Assembly: GCA_964361785.1 (NCBI GenBank)
Contig: CAYIBX010000001.1
Span: forward strand, 5,857-69,856
DNA from: an uncultured Gammaproteobacteria bacterium
GTDB taxonomy: Bacteria > Patescibacteriota > Microgenomatia > UBA10105 > UBA927
Direction: 5' to 3'
DNA: 64,000 nt
Below are positions 19,425 to 30,684 of the stretch, one piece after another (the first letter of the stretch is position 1; the number at the start of each line of letters is the position of its first letter). The notes under the pieces are model-generated. The model was given only the letters and a program-made list of their open reading frames with translations. It had not been told where the DNA came from and made no database searches. A program made the position numbers and the translations under genes.

Positions 19425-20546
19425 ATGGATATTCTTTTTCTTAATTGGAAGGATCTTAGGAACCCCGATGTGGGAGGCGCTGAGATCATCGTGTATGAGT
19501 TAGCTAAACGATTGGTGGCAGATGGACACCGTGTGACATGGTTTTGTCGCTCTTTTGTTGGTGCAAGAGAACATGATATATATGACGGGATCGAGATTAT
19601 TCGTCGAGGCAATAAGATTACTGTTTACTGGGAAGCCTATAGATATTATCAATCTTTAATGAATAAGCCAGATATGATAATAGACTGCATCAATACAATT
19701 TGTTGGCAGACACCGTTGTATATTCCAAAATCTAATCGAGTCATGTTGGTGAACCAGTTGGCCAAAGAGGTGTTTTTTTATGAACTTCCTTTTCCGCTAT
19801 CATACATAGCATATGTATTAGAACGGATTGAGTATCTTACATACAGGGACACAAAAGTTTTTTGTTATGCCCCAAGTACAAAAAAAGATTTAGAGACGTT
19901 TGGCATACCGGAAAAAAATACTTCCGTATTCCCACTCGGAGTAGATCATAATCGATATAAATCAGGGAAGAAATCAAAAGATCCGTTTTTTCTTTTTGTC
20001 GCACGGTTGACGTCCATGAAACGGCCGGACTTGTGTGTGGAAGCTATGCGAGTTGTTGTAAAAAAGTATTCCAAGGCAAAGCTTGCAATAGTGGGGTATG
20101 GACCAATGGAGAATAAATTAGAAGGTATGATACAAAAATATGGTTTAGAAAAAAACGTTTACTTAGTAAACAAAAATACACTCTATTTTGATAAAGACCC
20201 GAAGGATGTAAAGGTGAGGCTCATGCAGCAAGCATGGGCACTTCTTTTACCCTCAGTTAAAGAAGGGTGGGGCATGGTGGTGACGGAAGCGGCTGCGTGC
20301 AGTACACCATCAATTGTCACGTCAGTTACGGGACTTATAGACGCAGTCGAACATAATAAAACTGGAATTGTTGTGGATTACGATATATCAGCTGACGGAT
20401 TTGCTAATCAAATACTATCTCTGATTAGTGATAGAGCACTATCAACTACGTTAGGAAAAAACGCTATGCGACGTAGTAAATCGTTTAATTGGGATAAATC
20501 GTATCAAATTTTTTCTTCGCTACTTTTTGGGTATGAAACACACTAA
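19425..20546 (+). CDS. Family 4 glycosyltransferase
   Basis: 'LNWKDLRNPDVGGAE' N-terminus, typical of GT4, and 'EGWGMVVTEAAACSTP'. Confidence 0.75.
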   Translation: MDILFLNWKDLRNPDVGGAEIIVYELAKRLVADGHRVTWFCRSFVGAREHDIYDGIEIIRRGNKITVYWEAYRYYQSLMNKPDMIIDCINTICWQTPLYIPKSNRVMLVNQLAKEVFFYELPFPLSYIAYVLERIEYLTYRDTKVFCYAPSTKKDLETFGIPEKNTSVFPLGVDHNRYKSGKKSKDPFFLFVARLTSMKRPDLCVEAMRVVVKKYSKAKLAIVGYGPMENKLEGMIQKYGLEKNVYLVNKNTLYFDKDPKDVKVRLMQQAWALLLPSVKEGWGMVVTEAAACSTPSIVTSVTGLIDAVEHNKTGIVVDYDISADGFANQILSLISDRALSTTLGKNAMRRSKSFNWDKSYQIFSSLLFGYETH

Positions 20547-21579
20547 TCATCTTCCCACCATATCCATAGTAACTGCAACATACAATTCTATTCGTACCAT
20601 AGAACGATGTTTGCAAAGTATTCGAACACAACACTATCCCCAACAAAATATTGAAATTATCGTCGTTGACGGAGGTTCTATAGACGCCACCCTTACTATA
20701 GCTAAAAAATATAATGCGCGTATTTACACCATTGATCCAAAGAAACAAAATGCAGAATATAACAAAAGTATTGGTATTAAAAATGCAAAAAATGAGCTTC
20801 TTGCGATGATAGATCACGATAACGTGCTCCCTCATGCCCGTTGGCTGTCAAAGATAGTGCGACCATTTGTGGAAAATAAAAATATAGTAGGTGTTGAGAC
20901 ACTTAGATATCAGTATGACAAGAAAGAAGGCTTACTTGATCGATATTTTGCGCTGTTTGGCACGGGAGATCCCTTTGTATGGTATTTAGGCAGATCAGAT
21001 AGGCTTTCCTATATGTTTGATCGATATAATCTAGCGGGAGAGATTGTTTTTGATGGAGACTATTATATTGTGCGTTTTTCTGTAGATAGAATACCAACCA
21101 TAGGTGCTAATGGGTTTATTGTGCGTCGTGAGACTCTTATGAACAATGCCCAAGCGACACCGGGAAAGTATTTTGACATGGATGTAAATGTAGACCTTAT
21201 CACCAAAGGATTTGATACCTATGCATTTGTCGATGATGCGATTTTGCATTTAACTGGATATGGAAACATATGGTCTTATCTAAAACGAAGAATGCTGTTT
21301 ATGAATCAGTATCACCTGGGTGAGAAATCACTTGAACGAAAGCGCGTTCGTCGATACGAAATATTTACAAAGAAAGAACTTTGGCGTCTGGTACTGGCGA
21401 TTTTTTACTGTGTCACACTTGTTGTTCCTTTCTATGATAGCTGTAGAGGATGTCTAAAAATTCGAGACAGAGCATGGTTTTTGCATCCTCTGATGGGTGT
21501 GGGATTCGTCTTTATTTACAGTTGGGTTATAATAAGACACCAAATATATTACAATGCAAATAAAATCTTGGGAAAATAG
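20527..21579 (+). CDS. Family 2 glycosyltransferase
   Basis: 'ISIVTATYNSIRTIERCL...IIVVDGGSIDAT'. Confidence 0.7.
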   Translation: MGMKHTNHLPTISIVTATYNSIRTIERCLQSIRTQHYPQQNIEIIVVDGGSIDATLTIAKKYNARIYTIDPKKQNAEYNKSIGIKNAKNELLAMIDHDNVLPHARWLSKIVRPFVENKNIVGVETLRYQYDKKEGLLDRYFALFGTGDPFVWYLGRSDRLSYMFDRYNLAGEIVFDGDYYIVRFSVDRIPTIGANGFIVRRETLMNNAQATPGKYFDMDVNVDLITKGFDTYAFVDDAILHLTGYGNIWSYLKRRMLFMNQYHLGEKSLERKRVRRYEIFTKKELWRLVLAIFYCVTLVVPFYDSCRGCLKIRDRAWFLHPLMGVGFVFIYSWVIIRHQIYYNANKILGK

Positions 21580-22489
21580 TCGCGTACTTATTACTGGATC
21601 AAGTGGATTTATCGGGAGACATCTGGTTTCCTATCTTTTGGGAAAAAAAGCAAAGATACTTGGTCTATCAAGACATCCGTATAATTTTACGATAGAAAAA
21701 AAAGTTGATGTCGCGAATAAAGCTGAATTATTGAAAGCATTCAAGCAATTTAAACCTGATGCGTGTTTTCATTTAGCAAGCGAAGCGCTGGTTGAGGCTG
21801 GGTCTATTGATCCGTATGGGACATTTAATAATAATATTACGAGTGCGTTAAATGTCCTTGAGATTTCGCGAAGCTATAATATACAGCGGATTATTATTGC
21901 GTCTACCTCTCATGTGTATGGGGCAGCGCCACTTCCATATCGGGAAGATGAGCCGCCACGACCGTCAAGACCTTACGAAACATCAAAAACGTGTGTAGAC
22001 CTTATCGCGCAGTCTTATGCAGATAGTTTTAATCTACCGGTTTTAATTCCACGATTTGTAAATATTTATGGTCCGAGCGATCTTAATTTTTCACGCGTGA
22101 TCCCCAAAACCATGCAAAGCGTCGTGAGTGGCAAAAATCCCACCATGTGGGGGGGAAGTGCGAAACGAGAATATTTGTATATAGATGATGCAATACGGGC
22201 ATACAGTATGCTCGGGTTAATTACGGATTCACAGCTAGAAAAGAATAGAATATATAATGTCGGAACTGGAAAGCCTATCTCAGTGAATGATTTAATGGTG
22301 AAAATCATAGCTCTTAGTGAAAAAATATTGTCTATCAAAAAAATTGAGAATGGCCGAGAAGAAGAATTGCTTGAGCAGGTTGTTTCATGGGGAAAAATGA
22401 AGCGAACTTTTCAATGGATTCCACGAACGAATATGGATCGAGGCTTGAGATTAACGTATAAATGGTATAAAACAATACAAGGAGAATAG
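21554..22489 (+). CDS. NAD-dependent epimerase/dehydratase (SDR)
   Basis: 'VLITGSSGFIGRHLVSYL' Rossmann motif and 'YETSK' catalytic region. Confidence 0.7.
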   Translation: MQIKSWENSRVLITGSSGFIGRHLVSYLLGKKAKILGLSRHPYNFTIEKKVDVANKAELLKAFKQFKPDACFHLASEALVEAGSIDPYGTFNNNITSALNVLEISRSYNIQRIIIASTSHVYGAAPLPYREDEPPRPSRPYETSKTCVDLIAQSYADSFNLPVLIPRFVNIYGPSDLNFSRVIPKTMQSVVSGKNPTMWGGSAKREYLYIDDAIRAYSMLGLITDSQLEKNRIYNVGTGKPISVNDLMVKIIALSEKILSIKKIENGREEELLEQVVSWGKMKRTFQWIPRTNMDRGLRLTYKWYKTIQGE

Positions 22490-22490
22490 T

Positions 22491-23672
22491 ATGATTCCAC
22501 TGATCAAATCTACATTTTATAACGAAAAAAATACGAAAAAATTGTTATGTAAGTTTATCCTGAAAGCAGATAAATTAAGTATTGGTGAACAATGTCGTAA
22601 ATTCGAACAGAAGTTTTCGAACTATCAAGATCGTAAACATTGTTTGTTCGTAAACAGTGGTAGTTCAGCAAATTTAGCTCTCATTCAAGCACTTCTTAAT
22701 TTAGGGAGGATTAAAAAAGGAGATGCAGTCGGTTTTTCTGCGTTGACGTGGTCGACCAACGTCATGCCGCTTATCCAATTGGGATTACATCCCGTCGCTA
22801 TAGACATAGAGCTTGACACCCTTAATATTTCCACGCGCACGTTAAAAGAAGTGCTCAAAAAAAGAAAGATCAAAATGTTATTTCTTACAAATCTTTTGGG
22901 GTTTTGTGATGATATAGATGCAATAGCTAGCCTTTGTAAACAAAATAATATTATATTTATTGAGGATAATTGTGAGTCACTTGGCACTGTTTATAAAGGC
23001 AAAAAGCTTGGTAACTGGGGATTAGCGAGCACGTTTTCATTTTATGTAGGGCACCATATGTCCACCGTCGAGGGTGGCGCAGTCGTGACGGATGATGAAG
23101 AATTGATGACGATGCTTCATCTGGTACGTGCACATGGGTGGGATCGCAATTTGACAGAAGATAAGCAATTGTTTTTGCGCGTAAAGCATGACGTAAATTC
23201 TACGTTTTACTCTCGCTACACCTTTTATGATTTGGGGTATAACTTGAGAACGACAGAAATTCAGGGATTTTTGGGAAACAATCAGATCCGCTATCTGCCT
23301 ACTATTATAAAGAAACGAGAACGTAACTTTTTGTTTATGGCAAAACAAATTTATACCAGAACGGATTTATTTTATCCCATAAGATACGATCATATTGATA
23401 GAGTTTCTAATTTTGCCGTACCCGTGATTTGTCGTTCGCAAAAAATTCGTGACGCGCTGGTAGAAGCGTGTGATGGAAAAGTAGAAATACGACCAGTGGT
23501 AGGCGGTGACATGACCAAGCAACCATTTTTCAAAAAATATATGAAAGGGGCTCTCCGGTCATACACAAAGAATGCCCGTTTGGTTCACGAACAAGGACTG
23601 TATTTTGGTAATAATCCTGATATGATCAAAAAAGAAATGGCAACAATCGTGCGTATTTTTACTTCCCTTTAA
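22491..23672 (+). CDS. DegT/RfbH/ColD-family PLP/PMP-dependent sugar 3-dehydratase or aminotransferase
   Basis: 'FVNSGSSANLALIQALL' (the SGSSANL variant typical of 3-dehydratases E1/ColD). 393 aa, which fits ColD size. Confidence 0.6.
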   Translation: MIPLIKSTFYNEKNTKKLLCKFILKADKLSIGEQCRKFEQKFSNYQDRKHCLFVNSGSSANLALIQALLNLGRIKKGDAVGFSALTWSTNVMPLIQLGLHPVAIDIELDTLNISTRTLKEVLKKRKIKMLFLTNLLGFCDDIDAIASLCKQNNIIFIEDNCESLGTVYKGKKLGNWGLASTFSFYVGHHMSTVEGGAVVTDDEELMTMLHLVRAHGWDRNLTEDKQLFLRVKHDVNSTFYSRYTFYDLGYNLRTTEIQGFLGNNQIRYLPTIIKKRERNFLFMAKQIYTRTDLFYPIRYDHIDRVSNFAVPVICRSQKIRDALVEACDGKVEIRPVVGGDMTKQPFFKKYMKGALRSYTKNARLVHEQGLYFGNNPDMIKKEMATIVRIFTSL

Positions 23673-23679
23673 TGAATCT

Positions 23680-24558
23680 ATGAACCACGCATTTAACTAT
23701 GAAGAAAAATTTATGGGCGTCTCTTCAAAGAAGCGCAATAATTTTAAAAGAACATTTCAGGATGATTATCGGCTTAAACGCATGGCAGAGGCTTTAAAAC
23801 TCAAAAAAGGAAAGCTTTTAGACATCGGCTGCGGTGGGGGCATAATTACTGAAAGCCTACCGTATTACTATCGAGGCGTGAAGGTATTTGGATGCGATAT
23901 TTCGAAAACTGCAATTGCATATGCAAAAAAGTTTGGAAGTGGGAAAGCGACCTATGATGTCTTAAAGGGTAAAAAATTTCCGTATAAAGACTCTACATTT
24001 GATGCGTGTATTTGTTTGGACGTCATGGAGCATGTGCCAGATGTTGATTTTTTTTTGAAGGAGATAAGACGGATTCTCAAAAAAAATGGAAAGTTTTTTC
24101 TACTGGTTCCTTGTGAAAATCAACCCATGACGTATACGTGGTTGTTTCCGAAGATCGGTTTCGGGAGACTGACCTTTAAGCATTGGGGGCACGTTCACCC
24201 TGAATTTACGCATGCATCCGTTCTTACTATGCTGAAAAATCACGGGTTTCATGTGAATAGACAAACGTATAGTGAACATTGGCTTTATCAACTCAGTAAT
24301 ATTTTTCTATATTTTTTACCCAAAGAGCTTTTGGAACTCGTTGTAGGTAAACATCAGGCCCAAAAATATAACGATCAAGGGGTTGTGAAGATGCAGGTAA
24401 TTGGAAAAAAATCGAGAGATTTGTTTTCTATCGTTAGAAATGTGTGGATGAAAATTACGGGACTTGTCGGTTTGGTGAGAGGGTGGGAAATAGAGGCAGG
24501 AAAGCATACGAGTTTTGGCGCTTGGAAAATACATATTTATGCCACAATCAAAAAATAG
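23680..24558 (+). CDS. Class I SAM-dependent methyltransferase
   Basis: 'LLDIGCGGGIITESL' motif I, followed by 'CLDVMEHV'. Confidence 0.7.
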   Translation: MNHAFNYEEKFMGVSSKKRNNFKRTFQDDYRLKRMAEALKLKKGKLLDIGCGGGIITESLPYYYRGVKVFGCDISKTAIAYAKKFGSGKATYDVLKGKKFPYKDSTFDACICLDVMEHVPDVDFFLKEIRRILKKNGKFFLLVPCENQPMTYTWLFPKIGFGRLTFKHWGHVHPEFTHASVLTMLKNHGFHVNRQTYSEHWLYQLSNIFLYFLPKELLELVVGKHQAQKYNDQGVVKMQVIGKKSRDLFSIVRNVWMKITGLVGLVRGWEIEAGKHTSFGAWKIHIYATIKK

Positions 24559-25534
24559 TACCGTTTGGAACGGAAAGAAAGTGCTCGTAACCGGTGGCAC
24601 AGGGTTTATTGGTAGTCACGTGGTAGAACAGCTTGTGTCTCTGAAAGCAAAGGTTAGGGTACTTGATCGAATGAGAGATGGAGTCATAAAAAATATTGAA
24701 TATCTTAAAGATACGGTTCAATTTATTTCTGGTGATTGTGCTGACGAGTCTGAGGCGTTAAAAGCTTGTGAAGGGCAACAAGTGGTGATGAATTTGGCAG
24801 CCAAAGTGGGCGGCATAGCCTACAACAGCACGCATCAGGCCACGATGCTTTTTGATAACTTAAAAATTGCCTCTGTCATGATTGAAGCGGCAAGATGCAC
24901 AAACGTTGAGCGATTTTTGGTTGTATCATCTGCGTGTATTTATCCTGCTGATGCCAAAATTCCCACTGCCGAATCAGAAGGATTTTTACGAGAGCCAGAG
25001 CCGACTAATGGCGGATACGGATGGGCCAAACGCATGGCAGAAAAGCTAGGAATGTATTATAGTCAGCAGTATGGAATGAAAGTGGGAATTGTGAGGCCAT
25101 ATAATGCATATGGACCTCGTGATCATTTCGATCCAGAGAAGTCTCACGTGATACCCGCACTTATCAAACGAGTGTTTGATGGAGAGAATCCATTGAGAGT
25201 GTGGGGATCCGGCAACCAGACAAGAGCATTTTTGTATGTTGAGGATTTTGCCAAGGGTCTCATTGACGCCATAGACAAATATCCCGTAGCAGACCCAGTT
25301 AATATAGGAACTAATGAAGAAGTATCTATAAATACACTTGTGGAAATTATTGTATCCATATCAGGAAAGAATACTAAAATTGAATTTGATACATCAAAAC
25401 CTGATGGAAGCCCTAGAAGAAATAGCGATAATACCAAAGCAATTGAAAAAATTGGATTTCGTGCACAAACAAAATTAGTCGATGGTCTCAAGAAAACAAT
25501 TGATTGGTATAAAAAAGAGCAAAATATATCATGA
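24539..25534 (+). CDS. GDP-L-fucose synthase / GDP-colitose synthase-like SDR (Fcl/ColC family)
   Basis: '[15 protein letters not shown]' and '[34 protein letters not shown]' closely track the Fcl signature 'SSCIYP...EPTNEPYAIAK'. Start at the internal ATG, 'MPQSKN'. Confidence 0.6.
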   Translation: MPQSKNSTVWNGKKVLVTGGTGFIGSHVVEQLVSLKAKVRVLDRMRDGVIKNIEYLKDTVQFISGDCADESEALKACEGQQVVMNLAAKVGGIAYNSTHQATMLFDNLKIASVMIEAARCTNVERFLVVSSACIYPADAKIPTAESEGFLREPEPTNGGYGWAKRMAEKLGMYYSQQYGMKVGIVRPYNAYGPRDHFDPEKSHVIPALIKRVFDGENPLRVWGSGNQTRAFLYVEDFAKGLIDAIDKYPVADPVNIGTNEEVSINTLVEIIVSISGKNTKIEFDTSKPDGSPRRNSDNTKAIEKIGFRAQTKLVDGLKKTIDWYKKEQNIS

Positions 25535-26577
25535 AAAAGAAAAAAGTCTTGATTAGTGGTTCAGCGGGGCTTATCGGATCTGAAGCGGTGCGATTTTTTT
25601 GTGCCAAAGGATTTGAAGTGCATGGAATTGATAATAATATGCGCAAGTATTTTTTTGGTGCTGATGGAGATACAAGTTGGATAAGAAAGAAGTTAACCAA
25701 AGAACAAGAATCATACGTTCATCACACAGTAGACATACGCGACGAGAAAAAGATTAGTGATATTTTCAAAAAAAATCGGTTTGATCTCATCATCCATACT
25801 GCAGCTCAACCATCTCATGACTGGGCAGCCAAAGAGCCCATCACTGACTTTTCTATCAATGCAGTCGGAACGCTTATCATACTTGAAAATCTTCGTACAT
25901 ATGCCAAAGATGCGACGTTTATATTCACTTCTACAAATAAAGTGTATGGAGACATACCAAATCGTCTGCCAGTTATAGAACAGAAGACTCGATATGAACT
26001 ACCTCCGTCTCATAAATTTTATAAAGGGATAGATGAATCGATGAGCATAGATCAGTGTACACACAGTGTTTTTGGCGTATCCAAATCAGCAGCTGACCTC
26101 ATGGTACAGGAATATGGGCGTTATTTTGGTCTTCATACAGTTATTTTTCGTGGCGGGTGTCTCACTGGCCCCGCTCATTCAGCAGCCAAACTTCATGGAT
26201 TTTTGGCGTACCTTATTAAGTGTATTAAAGAAGGACGACAGTATTCGATAATTGGATATAAGGGGAAGCAAGTGCGCGACAACATTCATTCTCACGATTT
26301 GATCTCGGCGTTTTATGAAGTATATAAAAAGCCACGAGTGGGAGAAGTATATAATATCGGTGGATCACGGCACTCTAATGTTTCGATTCTTGAGGCAGTG
26401 GCAAAGATCGAAGCCATTGTGGGCAAGAAGGCGAAAATAAAGTATATAGATACACCTCGAATTGGCGACCATATCTGGTATATTTCTGATGTGTCGAAGT
26501 TTCAATCACACTATCCGAATTGGCAGTATACCTATGATGGCGATAGGATACTAGAAGATATATGCAACGTCGCCTGA
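25531..26577 (+). CDS. NAD-dependent epimerase/dehydratase (SDR)
   Basis: '[30 protein letters not shown]' and 'YGVSKSAAD'. Confidence 0.65.
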   Translation: MKKKKVLISGSAGLIGSEAVRFFCAKGFEVHGIDNNMRKYFFGADGDTSWIRKKLTKEQESYVHHTVDIRDEKKISDIFKKNRFDLIIHTAAQPSHDWAAKEPITDFSINAVGTLIILENLRTYAKDATFIFTSTNKVYGDIPNRLPVIEQKTRYELPPSHKFYKGIDESMSIDQCTHSVFGVSKSAADLMVQEYGRYFGLHTVIFRGGCLTGPAHSAAKLHGFLAYLIKCIKEGRQYSIIGYKGKQVRDNIHSHDLISAFYEVYKKPRVGEVYNIGGSRHSNVSILEAVAKIEAIVGKKAKIKYIDTPRIGDHIWYISDVSKFQSHYPNWQYTYDGDRILEDICNVA

Positions 26578-27722
26578 ACACTCCCCAACAGGTCATCATA
26601 GTGACGCATACGCTTTTTTATGGTGCGTCAGAGGCGCTTCGTGATTATCTTATTTCTCAAAAAATACAGTCACTGATATACATCGGTCATCCATTGCTTG
26701 CAGAAAATTCAATGTACACGCAAAGTGCATATAGAAATGGAAAAATCGTGCATACAAAAAACATCAGGCGAATTTCTTCGGGATCTGTAGTGTCATTTTT
26801 TCGCGACGCATTCGCGACAATTATTGAATGTGTGAAATTTCAAAGAGCGCCATACATGTATATAGGCGTTAATCCTCTAAACGCTTGTGTCGGGGTCTTA
26901 CTTCGCGTGTTTGGAATTGTCGAGAGAGTGGTGTTTTATGCGATTGATTTTAGTCCAAGGCGAAGTAGTAATACGTTGATTAATTATATCTATCACAGCA
27001 TGGAGCGTTTCGCGGTCAGATACTCTGATACATGTTGGAATGTGTCGGCGAGAATAGAAGAGGGGAGAAAAGAGTATTTAAACCTCGTAACTCCAAAGAA
27101 TAAACAAATAGTCGTGCCTATTGGCGTTTGGGCAAAGGATATTGTAAAGAAGATAAAACTCAAAAATGACTATCGCCTTATATTTGTAGGACACTTGCTT
27201 GAAAAACAAGGGGTGCAGGAGGTAATTCGCGCACTGCCAACAATATTAAAAAAGTTGCCAAAAGTAACGTTTACCATTATAGGTGGTGGAGAGTACGAAC
27301 AACATCTTCGAGATCTTGTAGAATCGCTATCTTTAGAAAAATATGTGCAGTTTATGGGATGGCAATCTGACCAAGCAGTCATACGAAACGAAATTATAAA
27401 ATCAGATATAGCTTTGGCTACGTATATGCCAAGCGGGAGAGATACGACAAATTTTAGTTACTATGCAGATCCGACAAAGATAAAAATCTATCTTTCTTGT
27501 GGTGTACCGGTAATGATGACAGATGTTTCATACAATGCAAAGACACTTATGGGAGCTGGAGTGGTGGTTGTGGTACCATATGAAACACATGCTATTGCTT
27601 CTGCAATCATTCGTTTATTTACGCATACGAATACGTTATACAAGATGAAAGATCTGACTATAAAAGAATCACATAAATTTTGTTGGGATAAGATATTTGA
27701 AAAAGCGTTTCAATCCGTATGA
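26562..27722 (+). CDS. GT-B-type glycosyltransferase (GT4-like), paralog of 28591..29700
   Basis: The C-terminal half '[18 protein letters not shown]...[22 protein letters not shown]' is collinear with 'HYTDPGKVKTYIELGLPVIMTN' in 28591..29700. Confidence 0.5.
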   Translation: MQRRLNTPQQVIIVTHTLFYGASEALRDYLISQKIQSLIYIGHPLLAENSMYTQSAYRNGKIVHTKNIRRISSGSVVSFFRDAFATIIECVKFQRAPYMYIGVNPLNACVGVLLRVFGIVERVVFYAIDFSPRRSSNTLINYIYHSMERFAVRYSDTCWNVSARIEEGRKEYLNLVTPKNKQIVVPIGVWAKDIVKKIKLKNDYRLIFVGHLLEKQGVQEVIRALPTILKKLPKVTFTIIGGGEYEQHLRDLVESLSLEKYVQFMGWQSDQAVIRNEIIKSDIALATYMPSGRDTTNFSYYADPTKIKIYLSCGVPVMMTDVSYNAKTLMGAGVVVVVPYETHAIASAIIRLFTHTNTLYKMKDLTIKESHKFCWDKIFEKAFQSV

Positions 27723-28594
27723 ATCATCCACTTCTAAAATATCTTTGTTGCCCCGTGTGTAAACTAGCGCTTGTTTCCAAATCAAAAAGCCTGTATTGCA
27801 AGAAATGTAAGAAGGAATATAGTATTTCAAACGGAATACCAATTCTTATTAATCTTTCCACATTACCTACTCACTTACAAAATCAAGTGAAATATTTTGA
27901 GAAGGAGGATTTATCACGAGGAAAATATGCACTCGAAGCGTGGCAAAAAAGATATGTTGATAATTTTTTGATGCATACAAAATTGCAGAAGAATTCTATA
28001 GTTATTGATAATGCGACGGGAAGCGGATATATGGCTATTGAACTAGCCAAAAAAGGGTACGACGTTATTGCGATGGATCTTACGTTTGCAGAGCTGGTGA
28101 AGCTTAAAGCAAATATTTTAAAATTGAAATTACAAAAAAATGTTTTATTAACCTGTGCAAGTTCCGAGGAGTTACCCATAAAAGCAAAAAGCGCTGACGG
28201 GATGGTGGCAAATGCGATACTTGAACATCTCCCACATGAAAAGAAAGCTATCAAAGAAATTGAGCGCGTACTCAAACGTAAGGCTTTGTTGATGCTTGCA
28301 ATGCCCATTCATTTAAAATATGTTTGGCCGTTTCTCTGGCCGGTGAATATACTTCATGATAAAAAGATTGGTCATCTTAGGAGGTATACAAGAAAAACTA
28401 TATTAAACGGATTCTCTCGTTTTACAGAGCTGAAAACCTATTACACAGGAAACCTCGGGAAAGTATTCTTTTTATTATGTAAAATTTTTACAAAAAATCC
28501 ACGATGGGATGATCTGGGAGAAAGAATTGATATGTATACTGAGCAAATTCCATTTGGCGCGAGTAATGTGGTGAGCATCCTTCAAAAAAAATGA
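27719..28594 (+). CDS. SAM-dependent methyltransferase with N-terminal Trm112-like zinc ribbon
   Basis: 'CPVCK...CKKCKKEY' Cys4 motif, then 'VIDNATGSGYMAIELAKKGYDVIAMDL'. Confidence 0.65.
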   Translation: MNHPLLKYLCCPVCKLALVSKSKSLYCKKCKKEYSISNGIPILINLSTLPTHLQNQVKYFEKEDLSRGKYALEAWQKRYVDNFLMHTKLQKNSIVIDNATGSGYMAIELAKKGYDVIAMDLTFAELVKLKANILKLKLQKNVLLTCASSEELPIKAKSADGMVANAILEHLPHEKKAIKEIERVLKRKALLMLAMPIHLKYVWPFLWPVNILHDKKIGHLRRYTRKTILNGFSRFTELKTYYTGNLGKVFFLLCKIFTKNPRWDDLGERIDMYTEQIPFGASNVVSILQKK

Positions 28595-29700
28595 AAGATC
28601 GAATATTTCGATACGATACCATATTTATGTACGGCAGTTTGCAAAGTGTAGGTCATATAATGGATTACTTTATCAAACATACCAAAAAACTTGTTGTATA
28701 CATTATCATGCCGAGAGTAAATGGTAGTGCAAATGACCTACGCGTGTATGAACGAGGCATAGTAAAGCACGAGCATAGCGTTGGTTCGTCAACAAATATA
28801 TTTCTCTATTATTTCATATGGTGGTATTACCAAAATCTTTTTTTGCTGCAATACTTTTCCCGTTCAGAACAAGTATTAGTGTTTGGTGGACATCCTGTAG
28901 CGTTTATCGGTATGAGTATGATGAAATTATTACGAAGGCTGAAGTATGCATACTGGATAGGAGATTATTATCCTCCAGTTCATTGGTCGCTCATCCTTTT
29001 TGAAAAACTTAAAAAATATTACCATGATCGAATACCCTTTACGTATTATTTAAGTGACAGAATTAATAATATTTATAACAGCAAGGTCATTACACTTCCT
29101 AATAAAAAGACAGTTATGTGGGGAGTAAAGCCACATACGGGATCAAAAAAGCAAATTACTTCACCGTTTAAATTATTGTTTGTAGGTGTCATACGACCAT
29201 CACAGGGAATTGAGGACTTACTGCTGTTTATAAAAAATACTCCGAAGGTACAACTTTCAATTGTCGGAGTTTGTGAGAAAATACTTTATGAAAAATACGT
29301 TACACTGATTGAGAAGTATCACGTTGCTGATCGAGTTTGGTTCCCAAATACGTTTGTGAGTGATGAAGAACTCAAAAAGTTAAGTAATCGTCATCACATA
29401 GGAATCGCACTGTATGAAAAGGGAGAGCATACGGCTACACATTATACGGATCCTGGGAAAGTGAAAACGTATATAGAATTAGGTCTGCCAGTTATAATGA
29501 CGAATACATCTGCTATAGCGGTGTATATAAAGCAATATATGGCTGGTGAGCTCGTGAACGGAACAAAAGAGCTTCCTGCGGCGTTAGAACGAATGAAGAG
29601 ACAATATGGCGTATATCAAAAAGGTGTACATGCGTTAGCACAGTATTTTGAGTATGAAAAATATTACAGTCAATCATTTCAGGTGTTAGAAACCATATGA
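28591..29700 (+). CDS. GT-B-type glycosyltransferase-like protein, paralog of 26562..27722
   Basis: Shared C-terminal motif block with 26562..27722. Confidence 0.45.
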   Translation: MKDRIFRYDTIFMYGSLQSVGHIMDYFIKHTKKLVVYIIMPRVNGSANDLRVYERGIVKHEHSVGSSTNIFLYYFIWWYYQNLFLLQYFSRSEQVLVFGGHPVAFIGMSMMKLLRRLKYAYWIGDYYPPVHWSLILFEKLKKYYHDRIPFTYYLSDRINNIYNSKVITLPNKKTVMWGVKPHTGSKKQITSPFKLLFVGVIRPSQGIEDLLLFIKNTPKVQLSIVGVCEKILYEKYVTLIEKYHVADRVWFPNTFVSDEELKKLSNRHHIGIALYEKGEHTATHYTDPGKVKTYIELGLPVIMTNTSAIAVYIKQYMAGELVNGTKELPAALERMKRQYGVYQKGVHALAQYFEYEKYYSQSFQVLETI

Positions 29701-30674
29701 AACGACCAACAATAAGCGTCATTATTCCTGTATATAATGTAGAAAGCATTTTGAAAGAAGTGCTTGTTAGCCTCATTATACAAACATACCCGATAGAGGA
29801 AATAATTCTCATTGATAATCATTCCGATGATAAATCTGTGAAAGTAGCAGATGAATTCATTCGAACTCACAAAAAAATAGCTATTCGCATCATTAAACGA
29901 AAACAAACATACGGACTTTCGCATAGTTATAATTTAGGAGCAAAGGAGACGAAATCAGAGTATATCGTGACACTTCATTCAGATAGCATGTTGCCTACTA
30001 AATTTGAGCTTTCACGGTTAATGGAGCCTTTAATAAAAAACACTGTTGATTATGTGGCGGCAATGCCGATTGTTGTGCATCGAAAACAAGAATGGGATAC
30101 CTACAATTTTTGGCAAAAGTGCCTTTTTGCTCAAGTAGTAGGAAAAGAACAGCATTCGTTAAATGGCAAATTTGATGCATACAGACGAGTAGTATTCATG
30201 TCGATTGAAGGTTTTGATATAAAAAATTTTAATCATTATATTGGTTCGGAAGATGCAGATATGAATTTTCGATTAGCTTCGCGAGGAAAGATAGCCGTTA
30301 CAAATGCTTGTGTAGTCCATCTTCATGGAAAAGATGCAAATTATAGCATGCAAGACTGGATGAAACGTAGAAAATTTTTAGCAATATCGTATGCTTTGCA
30401 GATACGGCTTCATTGGAGAGTAATGGGAGTTGGTTTTATTCCTTTTCTCGTGAAGCCTATGTTAGTTGTTTTGACAGTTTTATCATTTTTATATCCGTTA
30501 CTTGTGCTGCCATTAATTATTTTTCCTTTCTGGTATATGCGGACCATGTTTATAGATTCGGTATCGCGAAGAGATAGAAATATACTACTGTTACCGATTG
30601 TTGTGATCTGTTTGGTGTTTCTCGAAACATTCTGGATGACGAAAGGTTTGTTTGTAAGGAGATATTCGTTATAA
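29697..30674 (+). CDS. Family 2 glycosyltransferase with C-terminal TM segments
   Basis: 'ISVIIPVYNVESIL...ILIDNHSDDKS' followed by a hydrophobic C-terminus. Confidence 0.7.
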   Translation: MKRPTISVIIPVYNVESILKEVLVSLIIQTYPIEEIILIDNHSDDKSVKVADEFIRTHKKIAIRIIKRKQTYGLSHSYNLGAKETKSEYIVTLHSDSMLPTKFELSRLMEPLIKNTVDYVAAMPIVVHRKQEWDTYNFWQKCLFAQVVGKEQHSLNGKFDAYRRVVFMSIEGFDIKNFNHYIGSEDADMNFRLASRGKIAVTNACVVHLHGKDANYSMQDWMKRRKFLAISYALQIRLHWRVMGVGFIPFLVKPMLVVLTVLSFLYPLLVLPLIIFPFWYMRTMFIDSVSRRDRNILLLPIVVICLVFLETFWMTKGLFVRRYSL

Positions 30675-30684
30675 TGACTGTATT

